Positions 39,487 through 48,858 of a DNA stretch of 64,000 nucleotides are shown here, piece after piece (within the stretch, counting starts at the first letter, position 1; each line of letters opens with the position of its first letter). Origin of the DNA: Treponema sp. (GTDB lineage Bacteria > Spirochaetota > Spirochaetia > Treponematales > Treponemataceae); NCBI GenBank assembly GCA_017470605.1, contig JAFUYH010000006.1, positions 8,078 through 72,077 of the forward strand, read 5' to 3'. The translations under genes were made by a program, and so were the position numbers. Below the pieces are notes generated by a model. It saw nothing but the letters and a program-made list of their open reading frames with translations. It did not search any database and had not been told where the DNA came from.

Positions 39487-40280
39487 CAGAGATAGAAAAC
39501 AACCTGTACTCAAAAAAAACAAGACTTTTTATAAGGATTATTTCTTTAATTGCAATAACGATTCTTGTTTCTTCTAATTTAAGAAGAATAGATGTTCTTG
39601 GGCTTGAAAATTTGAATAAATATCCTCTGGAATTGCTTTCATTTATAGTAAATTTAATATCCATAGTTTTATCCATTTTTGTTATAGTTTTTCCGGCAAA
39701 AATAACCATACTGTCAACAATTTCATTTATATATGGAAGTCTAATCTTACTCTTTGAGCCTCAAAATAATCTTGGTATAATGATGTACGGACTTTCCATA
39801 ATAATGCTTTATGCACGCGGAACTTTGAACAAACATAAAAAGATAAAAGAAATATTTTTTTTCATCATCTATTTTGCATTAATTTTTTCTGAATTGCGCT
39901 TTGGAATTAAAACATTTATGAATTGTTTTCTGGAAAAAATAGCCTATTCCTTTGTTTTTGTACTCTGCTTAATTTTCCTTCATTTTTGCTCATTCGATTT
40001 ATTTGAAAATGCAACAACAAACAATACTCTGGACATTCAGAAATTTACAAAATTAAGAAAACGCGACGCAATCTGGCTAGTGGAAATATTAAATGGCAAA
40101 AAATACGAATATCTGGCTGTAGAATATCAAATGTCCCTGGGGTCTGTAAAAAACAGATTTAAAATTATCTTTGATGAAATCGGATGCGGAGACAAACAAG
40201 GCTTTTTCAATAAATATTCAGATTACAAAATATGTTACGGAGAAGAATTTTCCTTTGATAAAAACAAAAAGATTTTCTAA
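39480..40280 (+). CDS. polytopic membrane protein with C-terminal LuxR/GerE-type HTH
   Basis: Five to six hydrophobic helices. Then LRKRDAIWLVEILNGKKYEYLAVEYQMSLGSVKNRFKIIFDEIG, which fits the LuxR C-terminal pattern. ATG 39480 overlaps the upstream stop. Confidence 0.55.
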   Translation: MVTEIENNLYSKKTRLFIRIISLIAITILVSSNLRRIDVLGLENLNKYPLELLSFIVNLISIVLSIFVIVFPAKITILSTISFIYGSLILLFEPQNNLGIMMYGLSIIMLYARGTLNKHKKIKEIFFFIIYFALIFSELRFGIKTFMNCFLEKIAYSFVFVLCLIFLHFCSFDLFENATTNNTLDIQKFTKLRKRDAIWLVEILNGKKYEYLAVEYQMSLGSVKNRFKIIFDEIGCGDKQGFFNKYSDYKICYGEEFSFDKNKKIF

Positions 40281-40320
40281 CACAACTTAACTCTTTTTTC
40301 AAACTGCCGATAATGCAAGT

Positions 40321-43300
40321 ATGAAAACATCTAACAAGTCAAGTTTGATTACCGGCATCGTTTTGCTTTTGATTGCCGCTTTATTTTCTATCAGTCTTAT
40401 ACTTCAGCCTCTGGACTTTGGAGTTTCTGGTCCGGGACATAACAATATTTTCTATCTGCTTGGAAACATGCTTTATTCCGTTTATGGATTTTCCAGCATC
40501 CTGATTCCGGGCTTTCTTTTAATTGCAGGGCTTTCCTGCTTTGCCGCAAAATGGACTGCCCGCAAAACCATGCGTCTGCTTACCGCACTGGTTCCATTTT
40601 TTACCTGCGTTGTAACAGAAAATATCTGCCGTTCCATTCTTGCACTGGGGCATGATTCTTTTGCTGGCGTAAAAATGACAGTTGCCATCATAACAGGTGC
40701 CATGCTTGTTGTAATTGAATGGCTTGGCGTTGGCATCATTGCTGATAAATTAAATAAAAAATCTTCCCGCCCTTCTCTAAAAAAGTTTGAAGGATTCAAG
40801 AAGCCTGATACAGAATCTGAAGCTGATTATGAAGACAAAAGTTCTGTTTTTGACGAAGCACTTTCAGAAGTCGCTCCAAAATCTGATTCAGATGAAATTG
40901 ATGAAATTGCAGAAGATGATGAGCCAGAAAGTGATGAAGCAGAAAATTCTGACGACAGGGAAATTGATGATGATAAAACAGAAGCCCCTTCCGCTCCGCT
41001 TTTAACTCAGGAAGAATATGCCGCCCTCACCACACCGGAAGAAGATTTAGGCTGGAATCTGCCTCCTGCTCCAGAAGTACTTCCTCCAGAATACGACGAA
41101 GATTTTGATGAAAATGACCCTGCTCTGGAATTTCCTCCAAAAGAAGAAGATGAAACAGTCGCTGTAGAAGAAAGCCTTCCAGAAGCCGAATATATTGACG
41201 TTGACGAGCCTGACGACTCTGACAAGCCTGCAGAAGATTCTGCAGATGATGAAATCATAACTGATGAAGAAACAGCGCCTGCCTTTGATGTAAATTTTGC
41301 AGATGATGAAGAAGATGAAGAAATAGAGGAAAAAAAAACTTCTGAAGCCTATGATTTAGCAAGTCCTATTACTGCAGCACCTGTATTTGAAAATAATGAG
41401 GATGACGACTTTATTGAATGGCCGGAAGATTCAGATGCAGAAAATGACCCTGTAGTTATAGAAGAAAATGCAGAAGAAAGTCCCTATTCCACAGCCCGCT
41501 ACATTGATTCCGTAGTAGAAAATCCTAAGTTCCCCCATGGAATTATAATTCATGATGATAACGAAGAAGAAGAGGATGATGAAGACAGTGAACGCCCTCT
41601 TCCTGTAAAACCAAAGTTTCCTTCAAAAATAAAAATCCAAAGTTCACCAGAGCCAGAACGTGATGATTATTTTGAAGACAATTATATAGAAGACGAAACT
41701 CTTCCCTTCCCTAACTTTGATATAGAAGAGCCGGCTTACAGACCAAATGAAACAGAGGAGATAGAGGAGGAAGAAGACTCCCCTTTATCCATGCCGGAGG
41801 AAAGTCCGGCTGTTCAGACACAGACAGAAGAGACAGAAACACAGGTTCAGAGCCCGGTTCAGAATCAGCAGTATTATAAGCCTCTGCCTTCTGCAATTCC
41901 TGTAACAAATCCAAGAGAAACAGAAGAAAAGCCCAAAAGTTCAGGAATCTCTTATGCCGCTTCAAGTGTCTTTTCTGACATGGAAAATGAAATTCGCGAA
42001 AAACAGGCAGCAAATCAGCGGTCAGTTCAGGCAAAGTCAGTTCAGTCAAATCCAGTTCAGTCAGGTCAGCCGCTCGCCACAGACGCAGGCAGCCCAGTTC
42101 CGCCAGCCGCAGATTCTGCCCCAGAAGTTGACTTTGAAGGCAAGGTAATTGAACACGACTCTACCCCATCTCTGGAAGGCGGAGCAACAAATCTTACTGC
42201 AGACGAGCTTACAGACTTTTTTAATGCCCAGCAGGATGAAATTGCTGTTCGCCCAGAACGCCCAGAAAAAAAAGGCCCTTACTTCATCCCTTCTGACCTT
42301 TTAATTGCCTACAAAGACGACCAGTATTGGGTAATAGACGACGCAACAAAACAGGCCGCCATGAACCTTAAACAGACTCTTGCAGAATTCAACATAGAAG
42401 CCGAAATCACAGGAATTAAAAAAGGCCCTGTAGTTACAATGTTTGAAATTCTTCCGGCCCCAGGCGTAAAACTCAGTAAAATTGTTGCCCTGCAGGATAA
42501 CATAGCCCTTAGCCTTGCCGCCCAGTCAGTCCGAATTGTTGCCCCAATTCCGGGAAAACAGGCCGTAGGTATTGAAGTTCCAAACCGCCACCGTTCAGTT
42601 GTAGGCTTCCGTGAAATTATAGAAATGGACTTACCTGAATGGAATAAAATGGCAGTTCCGGTAATTCTTGGTAAAGACATTCTTGGAAAAGCCCAGCTTA
42701 TAGACCTTGTAAAAACACCCCACATGCTTATTGCAGGTGCAACAGGTTCCGGAAAATCAGTCTGTGTAAACTCGCTTATTCTTTCTATCCTCTACAAGCG
42801 TTCTTACCACGATGTAAAACTGATTTTGGTAGACCCTAAGGTAGTTGAACTTAAACTTTACAACAACATTCCTCATCTGCTTACTCCGGTTATTACAGAA
42901 CCAAAGAAGGCATTGCAGGCTTTGCAGTATTGTCTGTGCGAAATGGAACGCCGTTATGCCCTTCTGGACGGAATGGGTGTCCGCGATATTTCCAACTACA
43001 ACACAAAAATCAAGGAACAGAATATCTGCGCAGAAAAACTGCCTTATATTGTAGTCATCATAGATGAATTTGCAGACCTTATGGCAACCAGCGGAAAGGA
43101 ACTGGAAAACATTGTTGCCCGCCTTACAGCCATGAGCCGCGCCGTTGGTATTCACCTTGTACTTGCAACCCAGCGCCCTTCTGTAAACGTAATTACAGGT
43201 TTAATTAAGGCAAATATCCCAACCCGAATTGCCTTTATGGTTGCCAGCCGAACCGACTCTAACATCATTATTGATACAGTTGGTGCCGAAAAGCTGCTTG

Positions 43301-43692
43301 GCCGCGGTGACATGCTTTATGCTTCTGCCGTAGACCCTGCCCCAATCCGAATTCAGGGAACCTTTGTAAGCGACCAGGAAGTAGAAGACGTTGTAAATGC
43401 CGTTAAGGAATACGGTGAGCCAGACTATATTGATGATGAAATCTTTGTAGATGACGAAGAAGAAGACGGCTCTGGCGGACTTTTTGGAAGCCCTGCAGAA
43501 GGAGATGACCCTCTTTACGACCAGGCTCTGGAAATCGTTGTCCAGTCCGGTAAAGCCAGTGCCAGCTACCTCCAGCGCCGCCTGAAAATCGGCTACAACC
43601 GCGCCGCCCGCCTGGTAGAAGAAATGGAAGAGCGGGGCATCGTAGGCCCACAAAACGGCGCCAAACCACGCGAAATCATTCATGTGCCGTGA
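40321..43692 (+). CDS. ftsK: DNA translocase FtsK with very long acidic linker
   Basis: N-terminal TM helices, a ~480-aa Asp/Glu/Pro-rich linker, Walker A AGATGSGKS, Walker B VVIIDEFADL, gamma domain ASASYLQRRLKIGYNRAARLVEEME. Confidence 0.95.
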   Translation: MKTSNKSSLITGIVLLLIAALFSISLILQPLDFGVSGPGHNNIFYLLGNMLYSVYGFSSILIPGFLLIAGLSCFAAKWTARKTMRLLTALVPFFTCVVTENICRSILALGHDSFAGVKMTVAIITGAMLVVIEWLGVGIIADKLNKKSSRPSLKKFEGFKKPDTESEADYEDKSSVFDEALSEVAPKSDSDEIDEIAEDDEPESDEAENSDDREIDDDKTEAPSAPLLTQEEYAALTTPEEDLGWNLPPAPEVLPPEYDEDFDENDPALEFPPKEEDETVAVEESLPEAEYIDVDEPDDSDKPAEDSADDEIITDEETAPAFDVNFADDEEDEEIEEKKTSEAYDLASPITAAPVFENNEDDDFIEWPEDSDAENDPVVIEENAEESPYSTARYIDSVVENPKFPHGIIIHDDNEEEEDDEDSERPLPVKPKFPSKIKIQSSPEPERDDYFEDNYIEDETLPFPNFDIEEPAYRPNETEEIEEEEDSPLSMPEESPAVQTQTEETETQVQSPVQNQQYYKPLPSAIPVTNPRETEEKPKSSGISYAASSVFSDMENEIREKQAANQRSVQAKSVQSNPVQSGQPLATDAGSPVPPAADSAPEVDFEGKVIEHDSTPSLEGGATNLTADELTDFFNAQQDEIAVRPERPEKKGPYFIPSDLLIAYKDDQYWVIDDATKQAAMNLKQTLAEFNIEAEITGIKKGPVVTMFEILPAPGVKLSKIVALQDNIALSLAAQSVRIVAPIPGKQAVGIEVPNRHRSVVGFREIIEMDLPEWNKMAVPVILGKDILGKAQLIDLVKTPHMLIAGATGSGKSVCVNSLILSILYKRSYHDVKLILVDPKVVELKLYNNIPHLLTPVITEPKKALQALQYCLCEMERRYALLDGMGVRDISNYNTKIKEQNICAEKLPYIVVIIDEFADLMATSGKELENIVARLTAMSRAVGIHLVLATQRPSVNVITGLIKANIPTRIAFMVASRTDSNIIIDTVGAEKLLGRGDMLYASAVDPAPIRIQGTFVSDQEVEDVVNAVKEYGEPDYIDDEIFVDDEEEDGSGGLFGSPAEGDDPLYDQALEIVVQSGKASASYLQRRLKIGYNRAARLVEEMEERGIVGPQNGAKPREIIHVP

Positions 43693-43699
43693 TAAATAT

Positions 43700-43722
43700 C
43701 CCCTGCTCCCCATGAGCAGGGG
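43700..43722 (+). terminator. stem-loop just after ftsK (no clear T run)
   Basis: CCCCTGCTC-cccat-GAGCAGGGG, starting 8 nt after the ftsK stop. Confidence 0.35.
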
Positions 43723-43866
43723 GTCGGATGATTCAAGTTCTGCAAGAGTAGTATATTCCGTTATTGCATAATAATTGCAATGATTGAATCAGAATAATCA
43801 TATCTCTGCGTTTTTAAAGTAAAGTTTAAGGTAGACTTATTAGCGTTTTTGTGTAAATATCTAAGT

Positions 43867-44988
43867 ATGAAAAGAAATCTCAAACATAACCGCCTTATCT
43901 GCCTCTTTGCATCTGCCCTGCTTTTTACAGCAGCCTGTACTGCCCAGGTAGATAAAAATGCTGATTCCAGCACAAAACTCGTAATGCAGTATTTTGAAAA
44001 CGAAGTGTATGGAAAACGAATCCTTACCGGAATGATGGACTGTGCCTGGAGCAACGACATTGACATGGATAAAAAAGTTCTTGCAGACACAGGAAAGCAC
44101 ACTGCCCTTATGGGCTATGACTTTATGTTCCTCACAAAGTCAGACAGCCGTTCCTGGTATCATCCTACTCAGATTGAAAAAGCAAAAGCCTGGTGGAATC
44201 AGGGAGGCCTGGTAACATTCTGCTGGCACTGGCTTGATCCAAGCACGCGCTCTTCTAGAGGGGCAAGTTTCAGAACAGAAGAAACAAAATTCCGCATTCC
44301 TTATGACAGCACGGCAAAAACCCTGAATACAAATGCAAAAGAATTTACCCAGATTAAACGCGATCTGGACACCGTTGCAAACTATCTTTCTGAACTTCAG
44401 GAAGCTGGTGTTGTTGTACTCTGGCGCCCCCTGCACGAAGCCTGCGGCAATTACGGCAAATGGGGCGGAACAGGAAAAGCATGGTTCTGGTGGGGAGATT
44501 CTGGCCCGGAACCTTATATTGCCCTCTACCGCTATATGTTCGATTATTTTACAAATGAAAAAGGCCTGCATAATCTTATCTGGGTCTGGAACGGACAGGA
44601 AGCGGCCTGGTACCCTGGAGACGACTGTGTAGATATTGTTGGCTATGACGTTTATGACGACAGCAACAAGCACAAGGCTGCAGAAAAATACTACAAGGAT
44701 TTGATGGCATGGAGCGGCTCTAAAAAAATGGCTGCAATTTCTGAAGCGGGTTATGTGCCTTCTACAGAAGCATTAAAATCATCTTCTGCAAAATGGCTTT
44801 ATTATATGATTTGGAATGATGATGACGCACTTGCAGATGATACAAAAAAAGATAATAATAACTTCTGGGGCGGCACAAAGTATAACAAGGCCGAAGATAA
44901 AAACAAAAATGCCTTTGATACGGATTACCAGATAAAACTGGGTGATGAAGGTTTAAAAGCACTTTTTGAAAAGATTCATGACAGGTAA
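43867..44988 (+). CDS. GH26 beta-mannanase-like lipoprotein
   Basis: VLWRPLHEACGNYGKWGGTGKAWFWWG matches the GH26 RPxHExxGxWFWWG pattern. Lipobox LFTAAC. Start at ATG 43867. Confidence 0.8.
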   Translation: MKRNLKHNRLICLFASALLFTAACTAQVDKNADSSTKLVMQYFENEVYGKRILTGMMDCAWSNDIDMDKKVLADTGKHTALMGYDFMFLTKSDSRSWYHPTQIEKAKAWWNQGGLVTFCWHWLDPSTRSSRGASFRTEETKFRIPYDSTAKTLNTNAKEFTQIKRDLDTVANYLSELQEAGVVVLWRPLHEACGNYGKWGGTGKAWFWWGDSGPEPYIALYRYMFDYFTNEKGLHNLIWVWNGQEAAWYPGDDCVDIVGYDVYDDSNKHKAAEKYYKDLMAWSGSKKMAAISEAGYVPSTEALKSSSAKWLYYMIWNDDDALADDTKKDNNNFWGGTKYNKAEDKNKNAFDTDYQIKLGDEGLKALFEKIHDR

Positions 44989-45301
44989 AATAATTTTTCA
45001 GGCGGTTCTAAGCCTTATGGCAGGAGCCGCCTTTATTGCAGTTGGTATTTATTTTCTTTCTTCTAAATTTTTAGACAAACTGAATGAAGCAAGTCCAAAA
45101 AATGATGAAGATGACAGTCTGAGACGCAAAAATGCCTTTAGGGCAAAGGGCAGCGGCTACACAAGTCTTGCTCTGGGAGCCCTTACCCTGGTTCAGGCCC
45201 TGCTTTTATTCACTTTTCCTGCAGCCGCAAGCTGGCTTTCCCTGATTTATCTTTTTTTTATAATGATTGCAGTCCTTATTCTGGTCTTTGTATTCCGCTA
45301 A
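44978..45301 (+). CDS. small membrane protein, hypothetical
   Basis: Three hydrophobic helices. ATG 44978 overlaps the GH26 stop by 11 nt. Confidence 0.4.
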   Translation: MTGKIIFQAVLSLMAGAAFIAVGIYFLSSKFLDKLNEASPKNDEDDSLRRKNAFRAKGSGYTSLALGALTLVQALLLFTFPAAASWLSLIYLFFIMIAVLILVFVFR

Positions 45302-45338
45302 AACGGGCAATGAGGCAGGACGAGGAACAAAAATCTGT

Positions 45339-45374
45339 CAGTTAAACAGTTAAATAATAGAAAATAATAGAAAA
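45339..45374 (+). repeat. two back-to-back perfect tandem duplications directly upstream of a -35 element
   Basis: CAGTTAAA x2 (45339-45354) followed by TAATAGAAAA x2 (45355-45374). Confidence 0.8.
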
Positions 45375-45375
45375 C

Positions 45376-45403
45376 TTGAAATCCGCCAAAAACATGGTAA
45401 AAT
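45376..45403 (+). promoter_or_regulatory. sigma70-like promoter candidate for the acyl-CoA ligase gene
   Basis: TTGAAA, 16-nt spacer, TAAAAT. Confidence 0.4.
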
Positions 45404-45499
45404 CAATATAATAAGGGTATCGCTAAAAACTTCTAAAAAGCGATGATTTAAGTAATGCTATAATAACAGCTTAAAACCCATAATCTTTTGGGGGATTCT

Positions 45500-47290
45500 A
45501 TGACACAAAACCGTCCGTTACCGTGGGCATACTTAGACGAATATCGGGGAAAAGATTTTAAGGGAGAATGGCCAACATTCCCGGAACTTCTCGCAATTCA
45601 AAACAAGCGTTTTGGCGAGCGTCCATGTTTTACAGATTTTGACGGCCCTGACGGTTCCAAACGGACTCTTAATTACAGTCAGGTATATGAAAAAGTTCAG
45701 ATTCTGGCTAATTTTCTTCTTGCAAAAGGACTTAAAAAAGGCGACCGCGTTGCACTTGCCGGAAAGAATTCTCCTGAATGGGCAATTACCTATCTTGCAA
45801 TCCTCTGCGCAAGCGGAATTGTAATTCCTATTGCAGATTCCCTGCACGACCCGGAAACCGGAAACATAATCAAGGCTTCTACTCCAAAATTTGCCTTTGT
45901 AGATGACGGAAAAATTCCTTACCTCAAGGAAAATTTTCCGCAGATGATAATTTATTCCTTAAATCCAACAGACCCGGAAAACTTTGTTCTTAATCTTAGC
46001 GCACCAGAAGTTGCAGCAGAAAATAAAAACGAACCTGCAACAGAAGAAGACCTTGCCTTAATCCTTTTTACTTCCGGCACAACAGGAAATCCAAAAGGCG
46101 TTATGCTGACTCATAAAAACATAATTTCTGACGGCTACATTGCACAGACAAACCTTCTGATTCTTCATACTGATGTTTTTTATGCCCTTCTTCCAATTCA
46201 TCATGCCTACACAATGCAGGCCGCCTTTATCTGCCCTCTGCAGGTTGGTGCAGAAATTGTTTTTGGAAAAAGTCTGGCTGTAACCCGCCTTATGAAGGAA
46301 CTGCGTGAAGGAAAAATTTCCATCATGCTGGGAGTTCCTCTGCTTTACAACAAGCTGCTTTCCGGCATAAACAAGGGAATTGCCGCAAAGGGCGCAATTG
46401 TTTCTGGAGCAGTTTCCATTCTGCGCGGAATTTCTTTCCTTGTAAAAAAACTGACCGGCAAAAATATTGGCCGCAAGCTCTTTAGCAAGGTTCTGGAGCA
46501 GGCAAACATAAGCACACTGCGCGTTGCTATATGCGGGGGCGGCCCCCTTGCAAAGTCGGTTTTCCGCCAGTATCAGGAAATGGGAATTGACTTTATTCAG
46601 GGCTATGGACTTACAGAAACTTCCCCAATTATTGCCCTGAATCCTCTGGAAAAATTCAAGATTCAGTCTGTTGGCCGCGACTTTTCTCCTTATGAAGAAA
46701 TTAAGATTCTGGAAAGCGAAGATGCAGAAAATCTGAATACCCGCGGAGGAAAAAAAATCGGCGAAATCTGCGTAAAAGGGCCAATGGTTATGAAAGGCTA
46801 CTACAACATGCCGGAAGAAACTGCAAAAATGTTCACAGAAGACGGCTTCCTTAAAACAGGAGACCTGGGCTGGATGGATAAAGACCACTACATCATGCTC
46901 TGCGGACGCGCAAAAAATCTGATTGTTACAAGCGGCGGTAAAAACGTATATCCGGAAGAAATAGAAGATTCTTTCCAGCTTTTCTATGACATTCAGCAGG
47001 TAACAGTCCGCGCCTATCACCCGGAAAACGATGCAACTGCGGAAGAAATTGAAGCCCTTATCTATGTTTCTGATGATTTGTACAAGCGCATGGCCTGCAA
47101 GCGCAATTCAGACTTTGTTCAACAGGAAATTGTAAACGAAGTTCAGATGATTGTAAGCCGGGTAAACAAAAAGCTTCAGCCTTATGAACATATTACAAGA
47201 ATCAGCATTCTGAAAGAACCTCTGGAAATGACTCCAAGCCAGAAAGTAAAACGCAATTACACCCCAAATATTTATCCTAAGACTGTGTAA
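45500..47290 (+). CDS. long-chain fatty acid-CoA ligase (AMP-binding family)
   Basis: LILFTSGTTGNPKGVMLTHKN, GYGLTETS, TGDLGWMD, SGGKNVYPEEIE. ATG 45500 preceded by GGGGGA. Confidence 0.85.
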   Translation: MTQNRPLPWAYLDEYRGKDFKGEWPTFPELLAIQNKRFGERPCFTDFDGPDGSKRTLNYSQVYEKVQILANFLLAKGLKKGDRVALAGKNSPEWAITYLAILCASGIVIPIADSLHDPETGNIIKASTPKFAFVDDGKIPYLKENFPQMIIYSLNPTDPENFVLNLSAPEVAAENKNEPATEEDLALILFTSGTTGNPKGVMLTHKNIISDGYIAQTNLLILHTDVFYALLPIHHAYTMQAAFICPLQVGAEIVFGKSLAVTRLMKELREGKISIMLGVPLLYNKLLSGINKGIAAKGAIVSGAVSILRGISFLVKKLTGKNIGRKLFSKVLEQANISTLRVAICGGGPLAKSVFRQYQEMGIDFIQGYGLTETSPIIALNPLEKFKIQSVGRDFSPYEEIKILESEDAENLNTRGGKKIGEICVKGPMVMKGYYNMPEETAKMFTEDGFLKTGDLGWMDKDHYIMLCGRAKNLIVTSGGKNVYPEEIEDSFQLFYDIQQVTVRAYHPENDATAEEIEALIYVSDDLYKRMACKRNSDFVQQEIVNEVQMIVSRVNKKLQPYEHITRISILKEPLEMTPSQKVKRNYTPNIYPKTV

Positions 47291-47322
47291 AAATACTTAA
47301 ATTGATTTCTTGTATTTTAGCT

Positions 47323-47375
47323 CCATGTTGAAATAAAACAATTCTTTCTACTTTTTTTCTTGAATTTCAACATGG
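47323..47375. promoter_or_regulatory. 12-bp perfect inverted repeat between the ligase gene and the DUF2156 gene
   Basis: CCATGTTGAAAT (47323-47334) and ATTTCAACATGG (47364-47375) with a T-rich 29-nt spacer. Confidence 0.5.
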
Positions 47376-47394
47376 GGAACGTTAATTTTTAAAC

Positions 47395-48318
47395 ATGAAC
47401 TTGCATGACTTTGAGTACTTGGAAGATAATCTTGATACTTCAGCCCTTTTTGGCAGTGATTCTTGCATAGCAAATCTTTTTCTACTTCAAGAGAAATATA
47501 ATACTCAACTAAAAATCGAAAAGGGAATTCTCTTTCGCTATTATTATGGTGATGAAAATAGAAATGGATACGGATTTCCAATTGCCCTAAAAAATACAGA
47601 TAAGGACTATCTTAAAGAAGCTTTAGAATTTATTTTTGAAGATGCAAAGGCTCAAAATATAGAAGTTGCTTTTTGTTTAATCACACAAAATCAAAAAAAG
47701 GAAATAGATAACTGCCTTGCTAAACATTTTAAAGGACGCCAGGTTTCATGGAAAACAAACCGTGACGACTGTGATTACATTTATCTGCAGGAAAATCTTG
47801 CAAATCTGCCAGGTTCAAATTATCAGAAAAAAAGAAACCATGTTTCACGCTTTAACAGAACTTACGGAGATTCATGGAAATTTAAAACATACCCCGAAAA
47901 TGATATTGCCAATGATATTCTAGAAGTTTCGCAAAAATGGCTAGAAGAAAAAAACATTGAAAATGAAAAAGAAAGACATATTTTACAACTGGAACATGAA
48001 AGCATAAAAAGCGCACTTAAAAATGCTTCCCTTCTGAGAATGTGTGGTGGAGTGCTTTACATAAACGGAGAAGCTGCCGCAATGACCCTTGCTTCACCAA
48101 TTTCTGAATCTGTTCTGGATGTTATTTACGAAAAATCCATTGGAAAATATGAAAAAGACGGAGTCTACTCTGTTATAAATCAGCAGTTTTCAAAAAAATT
48201 TGAAAATTATCTCTATATTAATAGAGAAGAAGACATGGGTGTGGAAGGATTAAGAAAAGCTAAACTTTCTTATAAGCCAACAATTATACTTGAAAAATTT
48301 TATGGAAAAATAATTTAG
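47395..48318 (+). CDS. DUF2156 / phosphatidylglycerol lysyltransferase C-terminal-like domain protein
   Basis: NYQKKRNHVSRFNRTYG plus overall resemblance to the MprF C-terminal (GNAT-like) domain family. Confidence 0.55.
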   Translation: MNLHDFEYLEDNLDTSALFGSDSCIANLFLLQEKYNTQLKIEKGILFRYYYGDENRNGYGFPIALKNTDKDYLKEALEFIFEDAKAQNIEVAFCLITQNQKKEIDNCLAKHFKGRQVSWKTNRDDCDYIYLQENLANLPGSNYQKKRNHVSRFNRTYGDSWKFKTYPENDIANDILEVSQKWLEEKNIENEKERHILQLEHESIKSALKNASLLRMCGGVLYINGEAAAMTLASPISESVLDVIYEKSIGKYEKDGVYSVINQQFSKKFENYLYINREEDMGVEGLRKAKLSYKPTIILEKFYGKII

Positions 48319-48325
48319 AGGAAAA

Positions 48326-48841
48326 ATGCTAAGTTCTATTCTTTCAAAATCAGACTGCGCCGCCTGCAGATTCTGCTGTTCTTTCCGCCGTCAGAGCCTA
48401 TGGGAAACTCCAATTTTTGATGCCTCTACCGTAGAAAAACTGAGAGTCCTTTACCCTAAGACAAAGTTTCGGCCGGTCGGCAAGGCTTCTTACACCTTTG
48501 ACATTTCCGATCAATACAAAACAAATGCCCCTAAAGAAGAGGCCCCCTGCCCCTTCCTGGACATCAACTCTGGCTGCATCCTCCCTCCAGACCTGAAGCC
48601 CTTTGACTGCAGCATCTGGCCTTTCCGCGCAGTACGCAGGACCGAAACTGGTAAGCAACCCCTGTACGTAGCTCTTACTCCAACCTGCCCCGCCATAAAC
48701 AAAGTGCCACAAGCTAAAATTAACTCTCTTGTTCAAGAAGAGGGGCTTGGAAAAAAAATCCTTGATTACGCGAAGGAACACCCGGACATAATCAAGGACT
48801 GGTCAGAATTTCTTTCTAATAATGTATACGAAGAAAACTAG
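48326..48841 (+). CDS. YkgJ-family cysteine-cluster protein (CxxCxxCC)
   Basis: CAACRFCC near the N-terminus and CPFLDINSGCILPPDLKPFDCSIWPF. 7 nt after the DUF2156 gene. Confidence 0.55.
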   Translation: MLSSILSKSDCAACRFCCSFRRQSLWETPIFDASTVEKLRVLYPKTKFRPVGKASYTFDISDQYKTNAPKEEAPCPFLDINSGCILPPDLKPFDCSIWPFRAVRRTETGKQPLYVALTPTCPAINKVPQAKINSLVQEEGLGKKILDYAKEHPDIIKDWSEFLSNNVYEEN

Positions 48842-48858
48842 CAGAAAAATGCTTTCTC

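Noticed and set aside
41007-42049. Minus-strand ORFs 41007-41258 and 41711-42049
   Set aside because: They are antisense to the low-complexity acidic linker of ftsK. The Ser-rich translation is the mirror image of GAA/GAT repeats.
46058-47020. 320-aa minus-strand ORF
   Set aside because: Antisense to the acyl-CoA ligase gene, which has all AMP-binding motifs. The translation is Phe/Cys/Asn-rich junk.
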